Shown one piece after another: positions 1 through 9,861 of a stretch of DNA of 64,000 nucleotides. The stretch comes from an uncultured delta proteobacterium (GTDB taxonomy: Bacteria; Myxococcota_A; Polyangia; Fen-1088). Made by a program: the position numbers and the translations under genes. The notes beneath the pieces are model-generated. The model did not search any database, had not been told where the DNA came from, and saw nothing but the letters and a program-made list of their open reading frames with translations. The DNA lies in assembly GCA_963796685.1 (NCBI GenBank), contig CAWCMR010000013.1, positions 512,001 through 576,000 on the forward strand, given 5' to 3'. Every line of letters begins with the position of its first letter. Within the stretch, counting starts at the first letter, position 1.

Positions 1-489
1 CGCGATTTCGTGCACGCGGTCCTGCCAGGTCCAGACGTCCTTGACCGCAGCCCCCTGCAAGGCATGTCCGACGGCAGGGTATTTGGCCTTCAGGTCCATC
101 CCGACATCCGCGTTGGGATTGAGATCCCGTCCGACGATCTTTCCGTTGGAGTCGAGAATGGCGACGATGTCGGCCTTGCGTCCATCGTACTTGAGGTGCT
201 GATTGAGCTTCTCGCTGACTTCGTAGGCTGCGGCCTGCCGCGCGGCCGCATCGGCCTTGTCGAACACCGCCAACACATCGGCCGAGCGAGCGCGCTCGGC
301 GGCCAGGTTCGCCAGCTTGAGCCCGCTCAGTTGGCTGATGTCCCGGTAGACTCGCTGCGCGCGTGATACGCGGTATTCCACGTTCTGTCGGTTGGACTTC
401 TTGAGCCTGGCCGTAATCGACACGTGGAAGAAGGCAGTCAGCCCGGCCAGGGCAACTGCGGCGATGAGACCGATCTTCATACGGTGCAT
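1..489 (-). CDS. Membrane-anchored protein with extracytoplasmic Cache-like region (resembles myxobacterial MXAN_5187 family); truncated by window edge
   Basis: Not in the ORF track because it runs off the edge. Manual translation gives MHRMKIGLIAAVALAGLTAFFHVS...ADIVAILDSNGKIVGRDLNPNA...YPAVGHALQG...DVWTW. GAGGA RBS lies 4-5 nt before the ATG at 489. Family name is from recall. Confidence 0.6.
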   Translation of the reverse strand, partial: MHRMKIGLIAAVALAGLTAFFHVSITARLKKSNRQNVEYRVSRAQRVYRDISQLSGLKLANLAAERARSADVLAVFDKADAAARQAAAYEVSEKLNQHLKYDGRKADIVAILDSNGKIVGRDLNPNADVGMDLKAKYPAVGHALQGAAVKDVWTWQDRVHEIA

Positions 490-684
490 TTGATTCCTCG
501 CACTCTTGGGAATGAACACGCTGGCGATGGCTTCCCACAAACCGCGCCGGGCTCGCAAACGCCGCGCGAATTATCAACGTCATGGGCCGGGCACGTCAAG
601 CTGCCTTCGTGCCTTGGGGAGCGGAGGGGAGAGAACGCTCGCAGAAAATTGACAGCAAAAGGACAATGACCTACATGTAGGAGT

Positions 685-1038
685 ATGCATACACCATCGT
701 CTTCTGAAACAGGAAAGAGGCCGAGCACCAAAGACCGCCGCGCCGCCCCCCGGCGCGAGGTCGACCTGCTGATGAACAGATTCCTCGATGGCTACCCCTA
801 TCTATGCAGGGCTTCGGACATCAGCCGAACCGGTATGCGGATTCACCCGATCAGCGGTGCAAGGGGCGCGACACGTTTCGTCGGGCTGCAATTCCAGTTG
901 CCCGGATCCGGAGACGTCATCACGGCCTCCGGCGAAGTCGTGTCGTCGACCCCAACGGGCGGGCCGCTCGGGGTGCGCTTCACCCGCATGCCGACCGTTT
1001 CGTCGGATCGCATCGGCAAATTCTTGGCCGCGCGCTGA
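685..1038 (+). CDS. Stand-alone PilZ domain protein
   Basis: DRRAAPR (RxxxR) and DISRTG (D/NxSxxG) c-di-GMP motifs; C-terminal GVRF; GGAG RBS. Confidence 0.8.
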   Translation: MHTPSSSETGKRPSTKDRRAAPRREVDLLMNRFLDGYPYLCRASDISRTGMRIHPISGARGATRFVGLQFQLPGSGDVITASGEVVSSTPTGGPLGVRFTRMPTVSSDRIGKFLAAR

Positions 1039-1301
1039 CCGGGCCTGCGCCGCGCCACCGTTCCTCACGAGCGTGCCGCCTGGCCATGCCCGAGGGCGCG
1101 GTCGTGCGATGGCGCCGTGCAATCCCGTTGGACTGACTCGAAGTCATGCTAGAAATGTCGTTACCTCGCTTTTTCGCCAAAGTATTTCGCAATAGTTGAC
1201 TTCGGGCCTTGACAGGAATGCCCTGTCCTCGCTCATATCTTCATCCGTCCCCGCGGAGAGCACCCGGGAGAAATTCGACCCCTCACGCACGGAGATACGC
1301 C

Positions 1302-2543
1302 TTGGAGCAACCGAAGAAGCCCGGTCCTGGAAGAGACATTGCCGACCTGAAAGCCCGACTCGGCTTGGCCAGAGGTGGACCTGCCCCTGGCGTCGCACCG
1401 ATGCCGGGCTCGCCCATGCCAAGCCCACCCATGCCGGGTGCGCCGATGCCTGGTCACTTCATGCCGGGGATCCCGGCGGTGCCCCCGCCAAGCGCGGTGC
1501 CGAATCCGCTGGCACCTTTTCCCAGCCCTGTCGCGGCCCCGGCTCCCCAGGCAGCGCCCCTGCCGGTCGCGGCGCCGGCTTTCAACGACCCATTCGCTTC
1601 CATGCGTCCGCCCGAGGGCAAGCACTTCGATCTGCGAGCCCCCACCGATGACGGACGTCCCCCGGTCAGCGTGCAAAAGGGCGGCGGATTGGCCGCCAGG
1701 GTCATCTTGGTCATTGCGGTCCTCGTCGCCGCCGCGGTCGGCTTCGGCTTCGGGGCCTCGGCCGTGGGCCGGCGCATGTTCAATGCAGCGAACTTCGGCG
1801 CCAAGCGGGTCAAGGCCGAGCTCGACGATATGCAAAAGACGGTGAGCCAAATCGGTAGCGCCGTGGCCATGAGCCAGCAACGCCTGGCCGCCGAAAAGAA
1901 GGATCCTCTTTCCTACGACCCCAGGCTCATCAGCGATCTGGAAATGGTGAAGCTGGATCCGCGTCCGGACACTTCCCGCATCTTCAAGGTGAACTACTAC
2001 CTGCTCGAGGATCTCGCGGTCGACCGCTTGATGAACTACTACTACGACACGATCAATCTCTATGGCGAGGTCGAGCGTCACATCAAGCGCACGCATGCCG
2101 ACAAGGCCACATTGGAGGCCTTCGCGGCCAAGAGCGGCGGCGATGCCGGAAAGCCACCGGTCAACTACGGTGTCGTGTTCTCGTCGAGCGGCAAGCTGGC
2201 CATCGGCAACCTGGTCGAGATCGGCAAGCCCGTTTGCAAGGGTGGCGCCGAGACTTGCTCCGCGGATCAGTACGAAGGCTTCCAGATTCGGTCGAACACG
2301 GGCGCACCGTGGAGCCCGCGCAAGATCGGCCCCAAGCCGGAGGGCGACAAGGTGGTCCCCATCGAGCGGACACCGCTTTTCGATGCGGTCATGAATGGTT
2401 CTCCGGATCAGGTGCGCATGGAGCAGTACAAGCAGCGCTACAACAACATCCGCCAGATCCTCGCGCGCCTTGGTTCGACGAAGAAGGAGCTCGGCGACGC
2501 CATCGACAAGGCGGCTGCCCGGCCCGATTTGTTCACGTTCTAG
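1302..2543 (+). CDS. Hypothetical membrane protein: Pro-rich N-terminus, one TM helix, helical/coiled-coil C-terminal domain
   Basis: ORF 1209..2543. The in-frame TTG at 1302 has a GGAG RBS. Pro/Met repeats, TM segment VILVIAVLVAAAVGFGFG, typical GC3 bias. Confidence 0.7.
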   Translation: MEQPKKPGPGRDIADLKARLGLARGGPAPGVAPMPGSPMPSPPMPGAPMPGHFMPGIPAVPPPSAVPNPLAPFPSPVAAPAPQAAPLPVAAPAFNDPFASMRPPEGKHFDLRAPTDDGRPPVSVQKGGGLAARVILVIAVLVAAAVGFGFGASAVGRRMFNAANFGAKRVKAELDDMQKTVSQIGSAVAMSQQRLAAEKKDPLSYDPRLISDLEMVKLDPRPDTSRIFKVNYYLLEDLAVDRLMNYYYDTINLYGEVERHIKRTHADKATLEAFAAKSGGDAGKPPVNYGVVFSSSGKLAIGNLVEIGKPVCKGGAETCSADQYEGFQIRSNTGAPWSPRKIGPKPEGDKVVPIERTPLFDAVMNGSPDQVRMEQYKQRYNNIRQILARLGSTKKELGDAIDKAAARPDLFTF

Positions 2544-2563
2544 ACCACGGCATCGGCCAAACC

Positions 2564-2597
2564 AAAACGACGACGAGAGCAATCTCGCCGCCGTTTT
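2564..2597. terminator. Intrinsic, probably bidirectional terminator between convergent genes
   Basis: aaaacgacgacgaga-gcaa-tctcgccgccgtttt hairpin with A/T tails. The two mismatches become G-U pairs on the minus strand. Confidence 0.7.
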
Positions 2598-2605
2598 TTG
2601 TTTTC

Positions 2606-3623
2606 CTAGTCCAGCCCGACGTCGGCCAAATCCTGCTCGGACATGCCGAAGAAGTGGCCGGTCTCGTGCAGCAGGGTGATGCGAATCTGCTCGCGCAAGT
2701 CTTCCGAGTCGATGGCCATGCGCTCCAGGTTCTTGCGGAAGAGCAGAATCCGCGTGACCTGCGGCGGGCCGCTCATCGTTCCCCCGTCAGAATGCGCCGT
2801 TCCCTCGAACATGCCGAGAAGTCGAGGATCCATCCCCTGCTCGATTTCCGCTCGATCGGGCAGGTCGACGATCAGGATGGGCACATTGGCGATGAGCTTG
2901 TGGGCCGCCTCGGGGGAGCTCACGCAACGCCTGCTCGGCCACCTCGGCCATCTCGGGCTCGCTCATATGGGGATCCTGCAAGGGCGCCGTTGCATCCAGA
3001 TCGAGCACGCGCAGCCACGCCTCGCGCTTGCCGGCTTCGTCCCCCTTGCTTTCGGCACATAGGCCGATGCCATACCAGGCCTCGACGTCGACAGGGTCGG
3101 CGCTCGCCAGCGCGCGAAATCTCTGTTCCGCCTCCGGCGTGACGTCCGCTTCCAGAAAGAGATAGGCCAGGTCCAGCGAGAGATCCGCGGGAAGCTGGAC
3201 CTCGGTGGCCGGCGGCAGCTCGGACAGCGTGGCTTGGGCGGCCTTCACCTTGCCGAGCTGGATTTCGAGCCCGGCCTTGAGGACGATGGCGTCCAGAAAT
3301 TCGCTCTCCTCGTCGGCGCGATCGAGCGCCACTTTGGCATATTCGAGCGCATCGGCGGGGCGTCCAAGATCCTCGGTCAGGATTTCCGCCATCCACTGCG
3401 CCGGCGCGGACCAGTCCTCGGCAACGGCGGACGCCTGTTCGAGCAGGACGAGGGCTTTCTCCGAGTCGCCCTCCCCTCGCGAGCAAACCGCCAGCAGCAG
3501 CAGAGCCTCGGGGTTTTCGGGGTCTTCGCGCAGCTCGCGCTCGGCCGACCTGCGCGCCCCGGCGAAGTCGCCTTCGTCCAAGCACCGCCAGGCCTTTTCG
3601 AGACTCGGGCTCGCTTCGCTCAC
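2606..3623 (-). CDS. TPR-repeat protein fused to zincin-like (DUF1025-type) metallopeptidase; +1 frameshift at 2912-2916
   Basis: TPR helices in ORF 2787..3623 and HETGH zinc motif in ORF 2606..2923. Removing one G from the G5 run joins them as RELP-EAAHKLI. Confidence 0.8.
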
Positions 3624-5017
3624 GCTTTGCTCCGGGCCAGGGCGACGGCGTCGGCGATGATCCTGTCGTGCTCTTCAGGCTTGGCCCAACGTGCCTGTCC
3701 CTCGGCCGGCAGCAGGTGGATGGGATCGAAGTAGCAAAAGTAATCGCCGGGATGGACCACGGGCGACACGTACACGCTGACCCCGCTGATCGGGTCGTAG
3801 TGCTCGTAGGAATGGACGCCGCGCTTGCCTCCCCCGGGTGTGTCCACGACAAAGGTCGGCATGTTGAATCCCCCGACCAGGCCGCGAATCTGCTTCTCGA
3901 TGTGCGCGCCGGTGGCGACGGTGGTGCGCAGATCCTCGACCCCCTTCACCATGTCGTGCACATAGACGTAGTAGGGATGGATGTTGAGATAGGACAGGCG
4001 CTTGATGAGGGTGCCCATGGTGGCCACCGAATCGTTCACGTCGCGCATGAGCACGGTCTGGTTGCGCACCATGATCCCGCGTTCGTGGAGCTTGTTGGCG
4101 GCGGCTTGCGTGATCCAGGTGATCTCGCTGGGATGGTTGAAGTGGGTGTGAATCATCACGTCGACGTGCGACTTCCGCCCCTTTTCGACGATACGGGTCA
4201 CGGCATCGATCCAGGCATGATCGCTGAGGATTTTTTGCGGCATGACCGCCGGGCCCTTGGTCGCGAAACGGATCCGCCGCACGTGTTCTATGGCCAGGAA
4301 GGCCTCGCCCAAGAACGTGATCTGGTCGGCACGAAGTTGCGAGGCATCGCCACCCGAGATGAGCACGTCCTCGACCTCGGGCCGCGACTCGACATAGGCG
4401 ATGGCGGCGCGCCAGCGGTCGATATCGACGCCGAACTGAAGCTTGTGGACTTCCTCGGTGTCGAGACCGACGGCGTAGCTGCGCGTGCAGAAGCGGCAGT
4501 ACACCGGGCAGGTGGCGATTGGCAAAAACAGAACCTTATCCGGGTAGCGGTGGGAAAGTCCCGGCAGCGGCATGTCCTGGCGCTCGTGCAAGGGATCCAG
4601 ATCCACCTTGGGGTGGTCGGGCATCCGACGCGATAGCAGCGGGATGAACTGGATGCGGATGGGATCCTCGTAGGGATTCGACCAGTCGATGAGCGAGAGC
4701 AGATACGGCGATACGCGCACGGGCATGGGCGCGTGATGAAAGCCTTCTTCCGCGTCGCGAACAAAGTCGGGCGAAACCAAGCCCTCCAGCGCCGCCAGCA
4801 ACTTGGGGATGTTGGTGATGGAATGCTTGGCTTGCCACTGGTGGTCGAGGAACTCGGCTTCGGTCACGTTGGCATAAGCGTGGATGCGTTGCCAGAAGGG
4901 GCCGCTGCGCAGCTCGCGGTGGGAAAGAGCTTCCGGCGCAACCGGTGGCTTGTGCGCGGGGGCGAGAATCGGTGCGTGGGACTGGTTGGTGACCTCAACC
5001 AAGGATTCGGCATTCAT
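3620..5017 (-). CDS. KamA-family radical SAM protein (lysine 2,3-aminomutase-like)
   Basis: HRYPDK, CPVYCRFCTR (CxxxCxxC), SGGD, HFNHP, NQTVL and PGGGK motifs. GAGGG RBS before the ATG at 5017. Confidence 0.9.
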   Translation of the reverse strand: MNAESLVEVTNQSHAPILAPAHKPPVAPEALSHRELRSGPFWQRIHAYANVTEAEFLDHQWQAKHSITNIPKLLAALEGLVSPDFVRDAEEGFHHAPMPVRVSPYLLSLIDWSNPYEDPIRIQFIPLLSRRMPDHPKVDLDPLHERQDMPLPGLSHRYPDKVLFLPIATCPVYCRFCTRSYAVGLDTEEVHKLQFGVDIDRWRAAIAYVESRPEVEDVLISGGDASQLRADQITFLGEAFLAIEHVRRIRFATKGPAVMPQKILSDHAWIDAVTRIVEKGRKSHVDVMIHTHFNHPSEITWITQAAANKLHERGIMVRNQTVLMRDVNDSVATMGTLIKRLSYLNIHPYYVYVHDMVKGVEDLRTTVATGAHIEKQIRGLVGGFNMPTFVVDTPGGGKRGVHSYEHYDPISGVSVYVSPVVHPGDYFCYFDPIHLLPAEGQARWAKPEEHDRIIADAVALARSKA

Positions 5018-5281
5018 GGATCCCTCATGCATGGGTTGCCTTGTTCTGGCACAAGAACCAAACCCTGTCGCCCCATTTTCGATGGAGAGCGCGCTGATGA
5101 CCTGTCCATAAATTGGACAGGTCATCAGAAGCCGAGCCGACGGCTCGGCCGCAGGTGGGGTGAAGTCCGCGAATTCACTTCGCGGACGAGGGGCGGGCCG
5201 CGGCCCGCCCCTTAAAATGTTCAAGACGGGTCCATTTATGGACACGTCTTGAGACGATGGAGGGCGCCGAGACGATCCGCC

Positions 5282-7852
5282 TTAGCGGTGCGGGCGCGGC
5301 GCGGGCGGGGTCGCGGTGGCACCGTCTTCGGGCCAGGAATGCCGGGGATAGCGCCGGCCGAGCTCTCGGCGGATGGCGGGGTAGTGCTTCTTCCAGAAGC
5401 CGGCCAGGTCGCTCGTGACCTGCACCGCGCGATGGTTCGGCGCCAACAAGTGAAGGGTCAGGGGCACGCGGCCGCGACAAATGGTCGGGCCGACGCTCAT
5501 GCCGAAGAAGTCCTGCAAGCGTGATTCGATCCAGGGCGGTTTCCCAGCCTCGTAATTCACGGTCGCCTGTCGTCCACCCGGCAAACGCACGCGATCCGGC
5601 GTTTCCTCGCGCAGCATGCCCACCACGGCGGGCGGCAACGCCAGGCGCAGCCTCTCCTCGACCGGCACCGCCGAGAACTCGGCCAGGCTGGTCAAGCCCT
5701 GGCAAGCAGCGGTCACCATGGCGCGAATCTGTTCGCCGCCCAAGGCCGGTGTCTCGCGCTCCGGGAAGGCCGCGCGCAAGAGCTCAAGCTTTACTTGAAG
5801 TGAGGCGCTGGAAGCGTCGAGGATACCTTCCGTCGCCGAGCTGCCCGCCAGGACCGCTTCGGCCAACATGCGACTTGCCTCGGGCGAGACGGATGCGGGC
5901 CGCCGGGTCTCGTCCAGCACCACGGCGCCGTAACCAAGACGGGCGACGACCTCGACGCGTCCGGTGTCGGGATTCCATAAGGTCGACTGCGATTCCGAAA
6001 GCCCGGCCGGAACAAGGTCGAGCAGCCAATCCGGCGCGATGGCCACCGCGAGGCGGACGACCACGCTTCGCCCGACCTTCTGCCCGGCCGTCCCCGACCG
6101 CTCTTCCGCGTCCACCGCCACGAGCAGATCGCCGGGTGGCAAGGGGCCAATCTCGGCCGCTCCGCCGGTGGCGAGAATGGCCTGGCCGGCGCCCGGCGAC
6201 CTGCGCCGCATGACCCGATCCGGGAATGCGGTCAACGTGGCCATGGCCAGGGCCGCATCCACGGCCTCCGGATTGCTCGGCCTCGGCGCCCCAGGGTGGC
6301 CGAGCATGTTCGCCAGTTGCCGCCGCGCCTTGTCCGCCGATTCGGCCGCTCGCGCGTTCACGCCCAGGCCGCGCAAGCGGTTGCGGTCGAAGCGTGCGGC
6401 GCGCGCTTGCCCGAAGCGGTCCAGGCGTTCGAGCAGATCCGCGCCTTCCGCCGAACCCTGGCGATTCCGCGACTCGCCGAAGCGCGCGCGGGCCTCATCG
6501 CTGATGTCGCCCTCGGAGAGCAGAGCGGCCAAGGCGGCGGCGTCCTCCCCCACCCCGCGCCGCTCGCCCTCGACCAGCAGGCGCGCCAGCCGAGGATGTG
6601 CCGGAAAACGCAGCATGCACCGTCCGATGTCGGTCAAACCGCCCTTCTTGTCGATAGCATCGAGCCTGCGCAGAAGCTCGCTTCCCGCCTCCAACGATGC
6701 CGTATCGGGCGTCTCGAACCACGCGAAGCGGCTGGTGTCGCCCACCTCGAGCGCGGCCAGGGTAAGCAGCGCCTCGGAGAGGTCCAGGCGCCGAACCTCG
6801 GGGATCTCGTAGGGTCGTCGCGATTCGAAGTCGTGGCGCGGATAGAGGCGCAAGGCCCGGCCCGGCGCCGTGCGCCCCGCGCGCCCCGCCCGCTGGACTG
6901 CCGAGGCCTGGCTGATCTTGCCCACCGACAGACGCGAAAGGCCACTCCACGGCGAATGGGAGGCCATGCGGGCCAAGCCGGAGTCCACGACCCCGACAAC
7001 ACCCGGGATGGTCACCGAGGTTTCGGCAACGTTGGTGGAGAGGATAATCTTGGGGCGCTCGGCCGGCCGCACGGCCCGCTGCTGCTCGGCGGGCGGCAGA
7101 TCGCCGTGCAGGGGCAACACGAGCAGATTCCTTGCCTGGGCGAATGGCCCGAGTGCTTCCCAGACGCGCCGAATCTCGCCCGCGCCTGGCAGAAACACCA
7201 GCAGATCGCCCTGGCATCCGTCCTGATGGACGCGGCGGACCACCGAGGCGATCCGATCTGCCAGTGGGCGGTCGTCGGGCGCCTCGGGATACTCGACGGC
7301 GACGGGGAAGGCACGCCCTTCGCTGCGGATACCAGGACAGCCCCCCAGAAACTCGCGCACCGGATCGCTTTCGAGGGTGGCGGACATCACCACCAGACGC
7401 AAGTCCGGTCGCCCTCCTCGTTGCAATCGGGCGAGCAGGGCCAGGGCCAGATCCGTGGCCAGGTGCCGCTCGTGGAACTCGTCCAGGATGACCGTGGACA
7501 CGCCGTGCAAGGTCGGATCCGCGAGCAGCCGGCGCAGCAGAATGCCTTCGGTCATGAAGCGAATGCGCGTGCGAGCGCCCCCCACGTCCTCGAAACGCAC
7601 CGAATACCCGACGGTCCGCCCAACCTCTTCGCCCAGCTCCTCGGCGACCCGCAAGGCCGCCAGGCGAGCGGGCAAGCGTCGTGGTTGAAGCACGAGGATT
7701 TCACCCTGACCAAGCCTGGCCAGCAGCGCGGGCGGTACGCGCGTGGTTTTCCCAGCGCCGGGCGGCGCCTCGATGACCAGGCTGGGTGAATCGCCGAGCG
7801 CGCCGACGATATCCGCCAGCAGCGGGTCGATCGGTAGGGTGATACGAGTCAA
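5282..7852 (-). CDS. hrpB: ATP-dependent RNA helicase HrpB
   Basis: APPGAGKTT, DEFHER, MSAT, TNVAETS, QRAGRAGR, and the HrpB C-terminal LLAPNHRAVQVTSDL..FW...RYPRHSWP. Start taken at TTG 7852. Confidence 0.93.
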   Translation of the reverse strand: MTRITLPIDPLLADIVGALGDSPSLVIEAPPGAGKTTRVPPALLARLGQGEILVLQPRRLPARLAALRVAEELGEEVGRTVGYSVRFEDVGGARTRIRFMTEGILLRRLLADPTLHGVSTVILDEFHERHLATDLALALLARLQRGGRPDLRLVVMSATLESDPVREFLGGCPGIRSEGRAFPVAVEYPEAPDDRPLADRIASVVRRVHQDGCQGDLLVFLPGAGEIRRVWEALGPFAQARNLLVLPLHGDLPPAEQQRAVRPAERPKIILSTNVAETSVTIPGVVGVVDSGLARMASHSPWSGLSRLSVGKISQASAVQRAGRAGRTAPGRALRLYPRHDFESRRPYEIPEVRRLDLSEALLTLAALEVGDTSRFAWFETPDTASLEAGSELLRRLDAIDKKGGLTDIGRCMLRFPAHPRLARLLVEGERRGVGEDAAALAALLSEGDISDEARARFGESRNRQGSAEGADLLERLDRFGQARAARFDRNRLRGLGVNARAAESADKARRQLANMLGHPGAPRPSNPEAVDAALAMATLTAFPDRVMRRRSPGAGQAILATGGAAEIGPLPPGDLLVAVDAEERSGTAGQKVGRSVVVRLAVAIAPDWLLDLVPAGLSESQSTLWNPDTGRVEVVARLGYGAVVLDETRRPASVSPEASRMLAEAVLAGSSATEGILDASSASLQVKLELLRAAFPERETPALGGEQIRAMVTAACQGLTSLAEFSAVPVEERLRLALPPAVVGMLREETPDRVRLPGGRQATVNYEAGKPPWIESRLQDFFGMSVGPTICRGRVPLTLHLLAPNHRAVQVTSDLAGFWKKHYPAIRRELGRRYPRHSWPEDGATATPPAPRPHR

Positions 7853-7869
7853 GGCGTGAGTGCTTCGGA

Positions 7870-8826
7870 CTAGGGGAAGAACTGCGCGCCTTGGCCGCGC
7901 TCGAGGTCGAAATCGAATCGGCCCGTGGATGGGTCCCCGCCAAGGGTACCGCCGATGCTCGATGCGGGCCTCGGCAGGTTGTTGATGGCGGCATTCACGA
8001 CCTGTTCGTCGACCAGCGTGAGCTTGAACGCCGTGGCGTAGATACGGTCGCCGAGCTGGACGTGGAACTTGCCTTCGATGGCGCTCCAATCGACGGGCGC
8101 CAGGTCCCTTTGGGCCGCCGAGCCGAATTCCTGGAATTCCACCCACGAGTCCCAATTGCCGTCCGTCACCACCGGGTTCGGAGTCGCAACGTAGTCCAGG
8201 GGAACGGGCGTGTAGGAGACGGCACTTGCCACGAGATTGGCCGAGCACGTCGCCATGAGCGTGAGGCCGGCGTGAACCGGGCTGTCGAACTGCACGCGCA
8301 TGCGTCCCGGCCCCGTGTCGTTGGCGGGATCGCGGTAGCAGTTGGCCTCGTCCCAGTCGTTCGCGCCCGTGTCTTTATCGACCCGTCCGCGCACGCAGCG
8401 CGCGACCTCGTACGACGAGGTGACGTCGAAGGTGAGCACGTCGTTGAGCTCGATCTGCTTGCCCGAGCGCTGCAACCGAATGGTCAACCGGTTGTTCATG
8501 ATGGCCGAGCCCGAGTTGTGCTCGCGCAGGTCGTCGATGGGCTCGCCTGCGAAGAAGGTGGGTCGCAGATCATAGGCCACGGGGGCTGCCTCGGTGCCGC
8601 ATTCACCCGAGGAGTCGCAATAGTCCCCGTTTTTCGAGCAGCCGTATTCATAGAGCAGTCCACTGGCGGCGCCGACGCCCTTGCCCACCGAGCACCCGCC
8701 CACGCTCAAGGCTCCCACGATGGCGACCAGCCAGGCGACCGAATGCCTACGATCGCCCACACAGCGCCGCCGCGGAGGGGTGTCGGCCTTGGGGTTCACG
8801 CGGATGCTCGAGGGCGCGGCTGCCAT
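7870..8826 (-). CDS. Hypothetical lipoprotein
   Basis: Hydrophobic signal ending VGGC; Cys-containing mature region; typical codon usage. Confidence 0.65.
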   Translation of the reverse strand: MAAAPSSIRVNPKADTPPRRRCVGDRRHSVAWLVAIVGALSVGGCSVGKGVGAASGLLYEYGCSKNGDYCDSSGECGTEAAPVAYDLRPTFFAGEPIDDLREHNSGSAIMNNRLTIRLQRSGKQIELNDVLTFDVTSSYEVARCVRGRVDKDTGANDWDEANCYRDPANDTGPGRMRVQFDSPVHAGLTLMATCSANLVASAVSYTPVPLDYVATPNPVVTDGNWDSWVEFQEFGSAAQRDLAPVDWSAIEGKFHVQLGDRIYATAFKLTLVDEQVVNAAINNLPRPASSIGGTLGGDPSTGRFDFDLERGQGAQFFP

Positions 8827-9011
8827 GGGTGGTTGGAGTCTACCTTAGCAGCTTCTTTGCCCCGAAAAAGTCGAACGGCGCGCCTTGTTAAGCGCAAAAA
8901 CGCAAACGGTCAAGTTGCGCAAAGATCCGCCGATGAGAAATTGAGCGAACAGCCGAGTCGGTCTACCCTCGGGGAGGCGCCTCTCGGCCCAGAAGATCAC
9001 GGTGGAGAGCC

Positions 9012-9389
9012 ATGACAAAGTCGGACCTGATAGAGCATGTTGCTGAGCTGAACAAAGTGTCCAAGGGGCGGGCCGAGGCGTTGGTCGACGCGGTTTTCGA
9101 GTGCCTCGGAGACGCTCTTCGTCGCGACGAGCGCGTGGAGATCCGTGGCCTCGGTAGTTTCGAGACTCGGCGCTATGGTGCCTACAAGGGGCGCAACCCG
9201 CGCACCGGCGATTCGGTGGCCGTGCGACCCAAACGCCTGCCCTTCTTCAAGGCCGGCAAGGATCTCAAGGATCTCATCAACGCGAAGCTGCGCCGAACCC
9301 AGGAGATGCCCATCGTCAAGATGGGCGAGACGCCCGCGCGCGCGGAGAGCACCGCCGACCCGCGAGCCGCTTCGTCGCGAGCGCGGTGA
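9012..9389 (+). CDS. Integration host factor beta / HU-family DNA-binding protein with C-terminal extension
   Basis: MTKSDLI, VEIRGLGSF, GRNPRTG, PFFKAGKDLK; GGAG RBS. Confidence 0.92.
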   Translation: MTKSDLIEHVAELNKVSKGRAEALVDAVFECLGDALRRDERVEIRGLGSFETRRYGAYKGRNPRTGDSVAVRPKRLPFFKAGKDLKDLINAKLRRTQEMPIVKMGETPARAESTADPRAASSRAR

Positions 9390-9484
9390 AGTCCGACCCG
9401 AGGTCGATGCCGCGATGGGGGCGCCCCGGCTGACCACGGGTGGCAAACTGCACGTAACGCCCAATGCCCTGGGACGGGTAACGG

Positions 9485-9761
9485 CTGAGGAAGCCAGGAA
9501 AGCAGGAAAAAAACAGCAGCGCCGATGACACTGCCGCGGTTAGGTTCTCATGCTCGAGTCCCATCGGCTTTTCCTGGGTGCACAAGGCATTTGGGCCTGG
9601 ATTCCTGGAGTCGGTCTATGAGAACGCCCTCACCTTCGAGCTTGCGGCGCGGGAAGTTCACGTCGAGCGGCAGCTAGGCTAGCCGTGCCGATCCTGTGTC
9701 GCGGCAGTGGGGTACGGCCATCCCACCCATTCCTGGCTTCCTGGCTTCCTGGCTTCCTCAG
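9485..9761. mobile_element. 277-bp degenerate element bounded by inverted arrays of 8-bp units and carrying a GxxExxY gene relic
   Basis: Left end ctgaggaa-gccaggaa-agcaggaa (9485-9508). Right end (ttcctggc)x3-ttcctcag (9730-9761). The outer 16 bp are a perfect inverted repeat. Mobility is inferred. Confidence 0.6.
9511..9720 (+). pseudogene. GxxExxY-family (PD-(D/E)XK-like) pseudogene fragment
   Basis: From 9578 the + strand reads VHKAFGPGFLESVYENALTFELAAREVHVERQL. A 5-bp duplication (gctag) then creates a stop, followed by AVPILCRG. The N-terminus MGLEHENLTAAV/IGAAV lies on the - strand from 9564. Confidence 0.8.
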
Positions 9762-9861
9762 AGGCCTCCTTTTCTGTTGAGCACCCGCCCATAGGCAAAC
9801 GCGCGTGGTCAGGGGTATCGTGGCCCCATGTCCTCCATCGGCGACCGGTCTTGAGGCTCCC

